Source: Verrucomicrobiota bacterium (GTDB lineage: Bacteria; Verrucomicrobiota; Verrucomicrobiia; Palsa-1439). Taken from it: a DNA stretch of 51,621 bases. Numbering within the stretch: the first letter of the stretch is position 1; each line of letters starts with the position of its first letter. The stretch covers positions 1 to 51,621 of the forward strand of contig OMJI01000097.1 of NCBI GenBank assembly GCA_900299315.1, in the 5' to 3' direction. The translations under genes were made by a program, and so were the position numbers. Under the pieces are notes generated by a model. That model was given only the letters and a program-made list of their open reading frames with translations. It made no database searches and had not been told where the DNA came from. Positions 35,930 to 44,400 of the stretch are shown here, piece by piece.

Positions 35930-35943
35930 GTTTCACATGAAAC
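35930..35943. promoter_or_regulatory. parS-like site (13/14 match to GTTTCACGTGAAAC)
   Basis: GTTTCACATGAAAC overlapping the start codon of the DUF4139 gene; single central mismatch to the canonical ParB-binding palindrome. Confidence 0.4.
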
Positions 35944-37541
35944 GCATCACCGCCCTCGCCGCTTGCCTCTTCCCATTCGCCGCACTCGCCGGCACCTCGA
36001 CCATCACCGACGTCACCGTCTATCCCGACCGGGCCCAAATCACCCGCACCGCCGAGTTCGATCTCCAGCCCGGCGAGAACCGGGTCGAAATCGGCCCGCT
36101 GCCGGTCATTCTCGACGACAACTCCGTCCGCGCCGCCGGCAAGGCCGCCGCGCCGGTCGCCATCCAGGACGTCGCCGTCCGCCGCAGCGTCCGCGAACAA
36201 CTCCGCAACGAGGAAATCGCCAAGCTCGAACAACAACTCACCGACCTGCGCGACCAGCGCACCGGTCTCGATGCCCGGCAACGCGTCTTGAACGAACAGC
36301 GCGACCTGCTCAACCAGATCCAAGTCAAAGCTGCCGGCGATGCCAATCGTGACATCCAGATCAACAAGTTCGACATCGCCCAACTCAAAGACCTCCCGGC
36401 GTTCATCGCCGCCGAACTCACCAAGTACGAAGACGCCACCGCCAAGATTAATGCCGACCGGCGCGAGCTCGACCGGAAAATCCAGGCTGCCGAGGCCGAG
36501 TTCAACAAACGCCGCGCCAACGCCAGCCGCGCCGAGAAAACCGCCATCGTCACCGTCAACGCCAGCTCCGCTACCAAGCTCAAGCTCCAACTCAACTACG
36601 TCCTCGGCAACGCCAGTTGGGCCCCACTCTATGATGCCCGGTCGCTCGCCGACGCCACCGGCGTGGACTTCACCTACAACGCCAGCGTCCGCCAGCAAAC
36701 CGGCGAAGACTGGCGCGGCGTCAACCTCACTCTCTCCACGGCCCGCCCCGCCATCGGCGCCCGGATGCCGGAACTGACCAAGTGGACCCTGGATTTCCTA
36801 CAAATGCTTCCCATGGCGGCAGCGGCACCGGCCCCCGCCATGCGCGCCATGAAAGCCGCCCGGGATGAAGAAGTCGCATTCGGAGGAGCACCCGCCGAGG
36901 CCAAGCTGCAAGAGATGGAAATCCAACAAGGCGTCACCGCCGTCACCTTCCGCGTCCCGCGCGTGGCCGAGGTGCCGAGCGATGGCGAACCCCACCGACA
37001 AACCGTCGCCACCCAAACCATCCCGGCCAGCTTCGTGTACGAAACCACACCGAAGCTCTCCCAATTCGCCTACCTCAAGGCGGCCGCGACGAACAACACC
37101 GCCGCCCCGTTCCTCGCCGGGCAGGTGAACATCTTCGTCGGCCCCGATTTCGTCGGCACCGGCAGCATCGCCACCGTCGCGCCGACTGAGCCGTTCGACC
37201 TGTTCCTCGGCGTGGACGAAGGCATTCGCGTGAAGCGCGAGGAAGTGAAGGACAAGACCGGCAAAGCCGGCCTGTTCCGCAACCGGCAGAAGAAAGTCTT
37301 CGCCTACAAGATCACCATCGAGAACTACAAAGACAAACCCGCGCGGGTCATCGTCTACGACCAACTCCCCATCTCCGCCAACGACGACATCAAAGTCGCC
37401 GCCGGCGAAACCCTCCCGGCCCTCGACAAAGACACCGGCAAACTCACCTGGACCCTCGACCTCAAACCCCGCGAGAAACGCGACCTCACCTTCGACTTCA
37501 CTGTCGACTGGCCCGAAGGTAAACCCGTCCAAGGCCTATAG
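35937..37541 (+). CDS. DUF4139/DUF4140 (mucoidy-inhibitor MuiA-like) secreted protein
   Basis: GGAGG RBS, signal peptide MKRITALAACLFPFAALAG, VTVYPDRAQITR...GENRVEI N-domain, coiled-coil middle, DUF4139-like C-terminal half. Confidence 0.8.
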   Translation: MKRITALAACLFPFAALAGTSTITDVTVYPDRAQITRTAEFDLQPGENRVEIGPLPVILDDNSVRAAGKAAAPVAIQDVAVRRSVREQLRNEEIAKLEQQLTDLRDQRTGLDARQRVLNEQRDLLNQIQVKAAGDANRDIQINKFDIAQLKDLPAFIAAELTKYEDATAKINADRRELDRKIQAAEAEFNKRRANASRAEKTAIVTVNASSATKLKLQLNYVLGNASWAPLYDARSLADATGVDFTYNASVRQQTGEDWRGVNLTLSTARPAIGARMPELTKWTLDFLQMLPMAAAAPAPAMRAMKAARDEEVAFGGAPAEAKLQEMEIQQGVTAVTFRVPRVAEVPSDGEPHRQTVATQTIPASFVYETTPKLSQFAYLKAAATNNTAAPFLAGQVNIFVGPDFVGTGSIATVAPTEPFDLFLGVDEGIRVKREEVKDKTGKAGLFRNRQKKVFAYKITIENYKDKPARVIVYDQLPISANDDIKVAAGETLPALDKDTGKLTWTLDLKPREKRDLTFDFTVDWPEGKPVQGL

Positions 37542-37544
37542 CCG

Positions 37545-37715
37545 GTAGGGCGCGACCGACGGGCGCGCCGCATCCTCGTTGGATTCAGCCGCCGCGACAG
37601 CGGCCACTACACCCCTGTAGCCGCGCACGCTGAGCGCGGAGTCTTGCCGTTAAACTCGTAGCACAACCGTCCCGGTTGTGCAGTAGATGAGCTTGAACAA
37701 GCGAGACGCTTGTTC
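37545..37715. repeat. cluster of four to five GTAG-headed GC-rich hairpins (REP-like) in a convergent intergenic region
   Basis: GTAG+GGCGCG..CGCGCC (37545-37569), GTAG+CCGCGC..GCGCGG (37617-37639), GTAG+CACAACCG-TCC-CGGTTGTGC (37658-37681), GTAG...GAACAAGCG-AGA-CGCTTGTTC (37683-37715); may also act as bidirectional terminators. Confidence 0.55.
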
Positions 37716-37750
37716 CACTGACTTTGACGGCGACTACAGTGAGAGGGCGG

Positions 37751-38875
37751 TCACGGGGTGACTTGGACGTGGAGGCGGTAGAAGCGTTGGGGGGCGGCGG
37801 TGGGGTCGATGTAATCGAGCAGGGTGCCGGTGCCGGGGATGAGTAGGAAATCCGGGAGGGGTTGCCAACTGGTGTTGGTGGTCAGGACGCCGGTGGTCTC
37901 GAGGGTGTAGAGCCGGTTGCTGAGGGAGGCGAAGCTGAGGTCCACGCTGCCGTTGGCCAACCCGGTAATGAGCAGGAGCGGCGGCGGGAAGTCGTAGTTC
38001 ACGAAGACCGGGCAGTGGTCGGAGGCGAGGACGGTGTCGTTGGTGAGGTGTTGGGGGCTGACGTTGGTGTAGAGGCCGGCTTGGGCCCAGACGCGGGAGT
38101 TGAAGACGAGACCGCTGACGGCGGCGAGCCGGTTGGAGGCGGCGAGGCAGTAGTAATACCGGTAGGTCGGCGCGACGCTGGGCTGGGTTTTGGCTTTGCC
38201 GTTGAGGTCGGTCGGGACGAAGTCGATGAGCTGCGCGCCTTGGATGATGGTGGTGACCGGATGATAGGTCGCCGTGACGCCGCAGAAGGAGTTGCTCTGG
38301 TCCTCATTCCAATCGCCGGCCATGATGTAAGGCAGTGAATTGGTCGCCGCCCACGCGCTGATGGTGGCGGCGTCGAACTCGGCTTCGGTCTGCCGGCGTT
38401 CGCAATCGGTCGGGGAATTGGTGAGGGAATGGCAGCACTTCAGGTGGGTGTGGAAGATCTGGAGGTTCGTGCTGGGGAGCACGACTTGAAAGGAATGCAA
38501 TCCGCGCAGGCCGTCGTCGTAGGTGGTCTCATTCACGATGGGATACGGGCTGATGGCGCCGTTGCGCTCGAATCCGTCGGTGATCGTGGAGATGGCCACG
38601 TAGAAATTGGTACCGAGGTACGGGACGTTGTTCGTCACCCAATCCGTTAGCGCGGCCGCGTTGGTGACGATGTTGCGGCTTTGGATTTCGTTGAAGAGCA
38701 GAATGTCCGGCTGGTGATAATTGACGATGCGGGCGATGGCCTCTGCGTTGGAGGTGGTGTTTTCGGCCAAGGTGCCGAGGTGACCTTGGATGTTCCACTG
38801 CATGACGCGCACTTGCTGCGCGTTGGCGGACAAGGCCAACCACACCGTCATCAAAAGGATCCCGATCCGTCGCAT
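37751..38875 (-). CDS. endonuclease/exonuclease/phosphatase (EEP) family protein, secreted
   Basis: Start trimmed to MRRIGILLMTVWLALSANA; VMQWNIQG, LLFNEI, SDHCPV motifs of the EEP fold; extra beta-rich C-terminal domain. Confidence 0.8.
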   Translation of the reverse strand: MRRIGILLMTVWLALSANAQQVRVMQWNIQGHLGTLAENTTSNAEAIARIVNYHQPDILLFNEIQSRNIVTNAAALTDWVTNNVPYLGTNFYVAISTITDGFERNGAISPYPIVNETTYDDGLRGLHSFQVVLPSTNLQIFHTHLKCCHSLTNSPTDCERRQTEAEFDAATISAWAATNSLPYIMAGDWNEDQSNSFCGVTATYHPVTTIIQGAQLIDFVPTDLNGKAKTQPSVAPTYRYYYCLAASNRLAAVSGLVFNSRVWAQAGLYTNVSPQHLTNDTVLASDHCPVFVNYDFPPPLLLITGLANGSVDLSFASLSNRLYTLETTGVLTTNTSWQPLPDFLLIPGTGTLLDYIDPTAAPQRFYRLHVQVTP

Positions 38876-39025
38876 AACCCTCACGAATGAGCGCAGTATG
38901 TCGTGCCGGCTCGACGAAATCAAGCTGGTGCAGGCACGCGTTCGTAGTGGCGCAATTCATTGCGCCACCGGCACCCAACGCGGCGATGAATCGAGTCGGC
39001 GAGAAGCGGGCACGCAATCGCCGCA

Positions 39026-39481
39026 CTACAAACGTGTCGTCAAAACTCGCCGTTCAGCCGCACGCATCTTGCGGCGCTGGGCCGCGGTCCGGTCGTCATA
39101 CCCGGCGAGATGGAGCAGTCCGTGGACAACGTAGAGCGCGAGTTCCCGGCTTGGCTTGGTCCGGTAGCGCCGGGCTTGGGAGTGGGCGTGGTCCACGGAG
39201 ATGATCAACTCGCCGGTGGTGCCGTAGTCGAACGTCAGGATGTCCGTCGGGCCGGTGACGTGGTGGAACTGTTCGTTGTGCCGGGCCATCTCCGCGTCGC
39301 TGACGAAGACGATGCTGAGGTCTTGTGGCACACGCGTCTCGCGTGTGCGCTTCTGGGTTGTCTGCACAACCGGGACGGTTGTGCCACTGCCGATGACTTC
39401 CGCCGCTTGCCGGGCGAGGCGGGAGATGGCGCGGCGATCGAGTTTGTGACGGCGCTGGCGGTTGGTGATGGTCACAACCAC
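39026..39481 (-). CDS. ybeY: rRNA maturation endoribonuclease YbeY
   Basis: HGLLHLAGYDD zinc-binding motif (H..LH.....D), 151 aa. Confidence 0.9.
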   Translation of the reverse strand: MVVTITNRQRRHKLDRRAISRLARQAAEVIGSGTTVPVVQTTQKRTRETRVPQDLSIVFVSDAEMARHNEQFHHVTGPTDILTFDYGTTGELIISVDHAHSQARRYRTKPSRELALYVVHGLLHLAGYDDRTAAQRRKMRAAERRVLTTRL

Positions 39482-39491
39482 GGCGGACTAG

Positions 39492-39563
39492 ACCCACCCC
39501 CGACCCCTCCGCTGGAGGGGAGACGGAAGTGATTTCCCCTCTGGGGAGGGGTTAGGGGTGGGT
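39492..39563. repeat. long G/C-tract palindrome between phoH-like gene and ybeY
   Basis: ACCCACCCCCGACCCCTCC (39492-39510) pairs with GGAGGGGTTAGGGGTGGGT (39545-39563); inner GAGGGGA...TCCCCTC hairpin. Confidence 0.5.
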
Positions 39564-39583
39564 TGGATGTGCGGCTTCAAATG

Positions 39584-40582
39584 CTAGGCCGACTTCATCT
39601 TGGCGCTGCCGTTTTGGCGCTGACGCTCGCGCTGCTCCTTGAACTTGGAGTAGGCCGAGATGATTTTCTGCACGAGCTCGTGGCGGACGACATCGGTCTC
39701 GGTGAAGTAGGCAATCGCGAGGCCGGGGATGTCCTTGAGGACAGACTGCACCTCGACCAAGCCGGAGATCTTGTTCCCCGGCAAGTCCACCTGCGTGATG
39801 TCGCCGGTGATGACGACCTTGGAGTCAAAGCCCATTCGCGTCAGGAACATCAACATCTGCTCGCTCGTGGCGTTCTGCGCCTCGTCGAGGATGACGAACG
39901 CGTTGTTGAGCGTGCGGCCGCGCATGTAGGCGAGCGGGGCGATCTCGATGGTGCCGCGTTCCATGTGACGCTGAATTTCGTCGGGCTCCATCATGTCGTA
40001 GAGCGCGTCGTAGAGCGGCCGGAGATACGGCGAAATTTTTTCCTCCAGGGTACCGGGCAGGAAGCCGAGCGCTTCCCCGGCTTCCACGGCCGGTCGGCAA
40101 AGGATGATGCGCGCGACGCGTTCGGTGCGCAACGCGTGGACGGCAGTGGCCATCGCGAGGTAGGTCTTGCCGGTGCCTGCCGGGCCGATGCCAATCACGA
40201 TGTCGTGCGTGCGAATGGCTTCGAGGTAGCGCTTCTGCCCCATCGTCTTCGGGACAATGGCGCGCTTGCGGGCGGAGACATCGACGCGTTCCTCGGCGAG
40301 CTCCTGGAACCGCAACGGATCACCGCGCGCGGCGGCGGCGACGGCCTGCGAGAATTCCTGCCGGCGGATGTGCGCGCCCCGGGTGGTGGCGATCTGGAGT
40401 TGCTCGAAGAGCGTCTTGGCCTTGTCGATGTTGGCCGGCTCGCCTTCGAGGCTGATCCAACCATCGCGGGCGGTGACCTTCAGCGTGAGCAGATCTTCGA
40501 CGAGCCGGAGGTTCTTCGGCTCGTTCGCGTAGAGCGCCTGGGCTTGGCGGGCGTTGTCGAAATGCAGCGTTTCGCTGGGCAT
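39584..40582 (-). CDS. ybeZ: PhoH-like ATPase
   Basis: GPAGTGKTYLA Walker A, PhoH family core, located immediately upstream of ybeY as in many bacteria. Confidence 0.88.
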   Translation of the reverse strand: MPSETLHFDNARQAQALYANEPKNLRLVEDLLTLKVTARDGWISLEGEPANIDKAKTLFEQLQIATTRGAHIRRQEFSQAVAAAARGDPLRFQELAEERVDVSARKRAIVPKTMGQKRYLEAIRTHDIVIGIGPAGTGKTYLAMATAVHALRTERVARIILCRPAVEAGEALGFLPGTLEEKISPYLRPLYDALYDMMEPDEIQRHMERGTIEIAPLAYMRGRTLNNAFVILDEAQNATSEQMLMFLTRMGFDSKVVITGDITQVDLPGNKISGLVEVQSVLKDIPGLAIAYFTETDVVRHELVQKIISAYSKFKEQRERQRQNGSAKMKSA

Positions 40583-40630
40583 GATTACCGGAGTTTCACC
40601 ACCCGAACGTACCCCAACAACAGTTCCGGC

Positions 40631-41179
40631 TCAATCCCACGGGATCGTCAGCACCTGCCCGGGATAGATCCGGTGCGGGTTCTTGATCTTTTCCTTGTTC
40701 GCCCGGTAAATGCGCGGCCACTTGAGCGGGTTGTGATAGACGCGGCCGGCAATGCGCCAGAGCGAGTCGCCCTTCTTCACCGTGTAGCTGGTCGGCCGGT
40801 CGGGTTTCTCGACAGCAGGCGCTGGAGTCTCGACAATCGTCGGAGCCGGTAGTTCAGTGGTCGGCGGCAGCGGCGTGATCGCCGTCGCGACTGGCGCGGT
40901 TTCTGTGCTGGGCGCCTTGCCGACGATGTAACCGCGATTGCCCCACTGGCCGCGGTCCACCCAGTAATGTTTGCGCCAGTTCGGGTAATACTGCTTCACC
41001 CAACCGGCCCAGTCGGGCTCGAGCTCGGGCTGCTCGACGACGTCCATCTCCTTCAGAAATTTGCCTGCCGGCGCCGCGGCAGTTTCACCGGCTGCGGCCG
41101 GCTTGGATTTGGTAGTCGCACAGCCACTGCCCACCGCGAGCGCGGCCGCCAACGTGATTGCCACTAAAGAAATCTTCAT
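40631..41179 (-). CDS. LysM-domain lipoprotein
   Basis: Lipobox AVGSGC; C-terminal LysM YTVKKGDSLWRIAGRVY...IYPGQVLTIP. Confidence 0.8.
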   Translation of the reverse strand: MKISLVAITLAAALAVGSGCATTKSKPAAAGETAAAPAGKFLKEMDVVEQPELEPDWAGWVKQYYPNWRKHYWVDRGQWGNRGYIVGKAPSTETAPVATAITPLPPTTELPAPTIVETPAPAVEKPDRPTSYTVKKGDSLWRIAGRVYHNPLKWPRIYRANKEKIKNPHRIYPGQVLTIPWD

Positions 41180-41257
41180 AACGAATTAAATCCTCCTTGA
41201 AACTTTGCGCGGGTGATAGCACGCGCGCCGGGTGCCGTCAACGCCATTTTCCGCCGC

Positions 41258-42670
41258 CTACGAAGCCGGTGGCGCGTCGGCGAGCAACTGCCGGATCTCG
41301 GCGCCGTACGGATGGAACGGGTTGCCCATGATGAGCGGGTCCTTGTCGCCGATGCGGATGGAATCCCAGTTGATGACGTAGTTGGTGTTGAGACTTTGCA
41401 AATGCTGCACGGCGAGACCGCGGGCTTGGGCGCGGGTGTTGGCGGGCGGCGTGGTGGTGCAAAACTCGATGCGCTGATCGCTGATGAGCCGTTCCGCCCG
41501 GCCTTCGCCGACGAGCGCGTGGTAGAGACCTTGGGCCGGGTTGAGGTTGTGATACTCCAAGTCGAGTGACTGCAGCCACGGATCGTCCCAACCGATCTTC
41601 TCCTCGTCGACGAACGTCTGCAGCAGCCACTTCTTTGCGATCCAATCCACCTTGTTCGCCTGCGACATCACATCCCGCTCCAAGCCGTCGAGCACCGCCG
41701 CCCACTCGCGCAAGACCCAGTCGTATTCCGCGTCCATGCCGGCAAGGTAGTTCTGCGCGAGGGCGAGGAACGAGCGCTGGATTTCAAAAGCCGACCGGGT
41801 CTGGCCGTTTTCGAGCCGGGCGATCCACCGGTAGCTCTGGTCGCGCGAGATGTCGCGGGTCGACTGCACCGGGTCGAGCAAGCCCACGCGTTTCGGGATG
41901 ATCCCCTCCTCCAACAAATCGAGCACCATCGCCGTCGTGCCGACCTTCAACGCGGTGGTGAATTCGTTCATGTTCGAGTCGCCGATGAGCAGATGGAGCC
42001 GGCGATACTTCCGGTAATCCGCCAGCGGTTCGTCGCGGGCGTTGATGATCGCGCGGTTGAACTGGACCCACTGGTAGATGTCGTTGACGATGTGATCGGC
42101 GCGCTGAGAAATCTGGAAGAGCACGCGCTGCTCGTGCCGGTGCGGCTCGAATTCGAACGCCAGCGGGTTCGCCTGCCCCACCCGGCCCGCGCCGGTGAAA
42201 ATCTGCCGGGTCGCCAAGAACGACAGCAACGCCGCCAAGACTTGCGGCGTGAATTGCGCGCCGCGTTTCATCAGGTAATTCTCGTGGCAGCCGAACGTGG
42301 CCCCGGTATGGTGGTCGATGTTGTTCTTCACGAAAGACACCTTGCCGGCCAACTCCATCTCCGCCAACGCGCGCTGCAGCAGAAAGTCACCGGCCCGGTC
42401 GTACGCCACCACGTCGCGGAGCGTCAGGCATTCCGGCGTGGAAACTTCCAAGTGCCCCATGTCGAGGTAGAGCCGGCCGCCGTTGAGGAGAAACCCGCCG
42501 TTGCCCGGCGGTTCCTCGTAATCCCGGTAATGCAGATCGATCGCGCCCATGCGCGCGACGCGGAAGAGATGATTTTTGACGCGGATCGGATGCGCATCGG
42601 GCCCGCCCTGCCGGTCGTCGGAATGGACCAGGCAGCCGTACTCGGTCTCCAGACCGACGATGCGGTTCAT
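41258..42670 (-). CDS. Pup/UBact ligase-deamidase family protein (PafA/Dop homolog, 470 aa, PafA-like position)
   Basis: N-terminal IVGLETEYG glutamine-synthetase-like carboxylate-amine ligase signature; start overlaps prcA stop. Confidence 0.85.
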   Translation of the reverse strand: MNRIVGLETEYGCLVHSDDRQGGPDAHPIRVKNHLFRVARMGAIDLHYRDYEEPPGNGGFLLNGGRLYLDMGHLEVSTPECLTLRDVVAYDRAGDFLLQRALAEMELAGKVSFVKNNIDHHTGATFGCHENYLMKRGAQFTPQVLAALLSFLATRQIFTGAGRVGQANPLAFEFEPHRHEQRVLFQISQRADHIVNDIYQWVQFNRAIINARDEPLADYRKYRRLHLLIGDSNMNEFTTALKVGTTAMVLDLLEEGIIPKRVGLLDPVQSTRDISRDQSYRWIARLENGQTRSAFEIQRSFLALAQNYLAGMDAEYDWVLREWAAVLDGLERDVMSQANKVDWIAKKWLLQTFVDEEKIGWDDPWLQSLDLEYHNLNPAQGLYHALVGEGRAERLISDQRIEFCTTTPPANTRAQARGLAVQHLQSLNTNYVINWDSIRIGDKDPLIMGNPFHPYGAEIRQLLADAPPAS

Positions 42671-43458
42671 AAATCTTTGAGCGCTGCCCGGATTTCCTTT
42701 TCGTCGAGCAACCGGAACTTCGCCGACGCCGTCTGCGTCCGGTCGAGCACGGCCGCCTCAACGTGCCGGGTTTTCAGATGATCCCGGAGATGCCGTACAG
42801 GATCGAAATCTTCCGGCAACTTGGCCTCGCGCTCGTCCTCCTGTTTACCGCGCTCGGCAATCTGCATCCCCACCGCCCACGTCCGCGCCGCCAACCGCAA
42901 CGCGTCGTCGAGCGACCGCTTCGAGTTCCCGTTGTGCTCAATGAGATACTGCAGCATCGCCTTTTCCGCGGGACGAGTCCCGGCCACCACGTCGAACGGT
43001 TCGCGCATCTCGATCTCGCTGCGGCCATACGAGCCGTCGTAGTCGAGTTTCACAATCACGTCCCGGTCCGCGTCGTCCCCGAGCTCGGCGAGCACCATCT
43101 TCACGATGAACGGCGCGTTGAACACCTGCTCGAACGCCGTCTTCAGGGCCGGGCTCAACCCGAAATTTACCAAGCGCCGCAACGCGACATCCGCCACGGC
43201 CCGGTTGAACCCCTCGATGTGCGCCAAGTCAATTGCCGCCAGCCGCATCCGCTCGATGTCGGCCGGGTGGCCGAGCGCCGCGAACGCGATCCGGTCGTAG
43301 ATCTCAAAAATCTTCCGCGTCTCCCGGCTCACGGTCAGCAACAGCAAGCCGTCGGCGTAATTCAACAACACAATCGGACTGCCGCGCGCAAGCTGGTCCT
43401 CGATGTACTCGCGCCGGTTGGCAATCGCCTCGACCCAACGATAGGGTTCCTCGGTCAT
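42667..43458 (-). CDS. prcA: 20S proteasome alpha subunit (bacterial type)
   Basis: 263 aa with PrcA-like sequence (IFEIYDRIAFAALG, DYDGSY); start overlaps prcB stop. Confidence 0.85.
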   Translation of the reverse strand: MTEEPYRWVEAIANRREYIEDQLARGSPIVLLNYADGLLLLTVSRETRKIFEIYDRIAFAALGHPADIERMRLAAIDLAHIEGFNRAVADVALRRLVNFGLSPALKTAFEQVFNAPFIVKMVLAELGDDADRDVIVKLDYDGSYGRSEIEMREPFDVVAGTRPAEKAMLQYLIEHNGNSKRSLDDALRLAARTWAVGMQIAERGKQEDEREAKLPEDFDPVRHLRDHLKTRHVEAAVLDRTQTASAKFRLLDEKEIRAALKDL

Positions 43459-44222
43459 ACCTCACTCCGGTAGAGTTTCGCCAAGTCGGCTTCGGCGATT
43501 TCGTGGATGCCGTCTTTCGTGATGGCGCGGACGTTGGGGAAGACGTTGGTTTTCGCGTTGTAACCGCTCGTCGCCGTGTCGCTGCTCGCTGCCGTGTCGA
43601 GCGCGCGCAACGCGATCACGGTCACTTCCTCCTCGCTGAGTTTGGCGAGCGGCTTGGGGCCCCACGAATTCAGGTAATGCAACACGCTCCGCACCGCGAG
43701 CGAACCCGACCCGCTCGCCGCGAAGTCCGCGCTCTCGAACTGCGCGCCGAGGGCGTCGTAAAAGAAGACCTTCCCGGCCTCGTCATACGTGGAGAAGATG
43801 GGCACCACGGTGCCGACGCCTTGCAGGGTGAGCGGCAGGTTCTCCTTGAGCAGCTTGGACAGCGACCGCACCTTGCCGGCCGTGCTCATCTCCTGGAGTT
43901 GGCTGCGCTGGTAATACTTGAAGCTGTGTTCGAGCACGCGCGCCATCTCGAACGCCACTGCCGGCACGCCGGCAATCGCAAGGATCGACCGGGAATCGAT
44001 GTTCAGCAGCTTTTCCGCGCGTTCATACATGACGAAGTTACCGGCCGTCGCGCGCCGGTCGCCCGCCACGAGGACGCCGTCCTTGTATTTGATGGCGAGG
44101 ACGGTGGTGGCGTGGGTCGGCTGGACGCTACCGGCCACGGCGGCGAGGCGCGGGGCCAATTCGTAGCCGTGCGCCTTGAGGACGGTGAGGAAATCGCCGC
44201 CGGCAGGGATCGGATCCATCAT
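43455..44222 (-). CDS. prcB: 20S proteasome beta subunit with propeptide
   Basis: Propeptide then THA/TTVLAIKYKDGVLVAGDRRAT (catalytic Thr context as in PrcB), GSGS motif. Confidence 0.85.
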   Translation of the reverse strand: MMDPIPAGGDFLTVLKAHGYELAPRLAAVAGSVQPTHATTVLAIKYKDGVLVAGDRRATAGNFVMYERAEKLLNIDSRSILAIAGVPAVAFEMARVLEHSFKYYQRSQLQEMSTAGKVRSLSKLLKENLPLTLQGVGTVVPIFSTYDEAGKVFFYDALGAQFESADFAASGSGSLAVRSVLHYLNSWGPKPLAKLSEEEVTVIALRALDTAASSDTATSGYNAKTNVFPNVRAITKDGIHEIAEADLAKLYRSEV

Positions 44223-44395
44223 TCACCCGTGCGCTGGCGGTAACGGCGGGCTTGGTTGGGATCGACCCGCCGCATCTTCTTGAGCAACTCCTTCGTGTCG
44301 GGGGTCGTCGCATCGGGCCGGCGCGGGCCGCCCTCGTCCACTTCCTTCTTTTCCCACGGCGCGGGGCCGGTGGGGCGCTGAATCCGGTCAGGCAT
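44219..44395 (-). CDS. UBact-type prokaryotic ubiquitin-like modifier (58 aa)
   Basis: Hand translation ATG 44395 to TGA 44219: MPDRIQRPTGPAPWEKKEVDEGGPRRPDATTPDTKELLKKMRRVDPNQARRYRQRTGE; pup-equivalent position between dop-like gene and prcB; C-terminal RTGE; stop overlaps prcB start. Confidence 0.8.
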   Translation of the reverse strand: MPDRIQRPTGPAPWEKKEVDEGGPRRPDATTPDTKELLKKMRRVDPNQARRYRQRTGE

Positions 44396-44400
44396 GGCGA

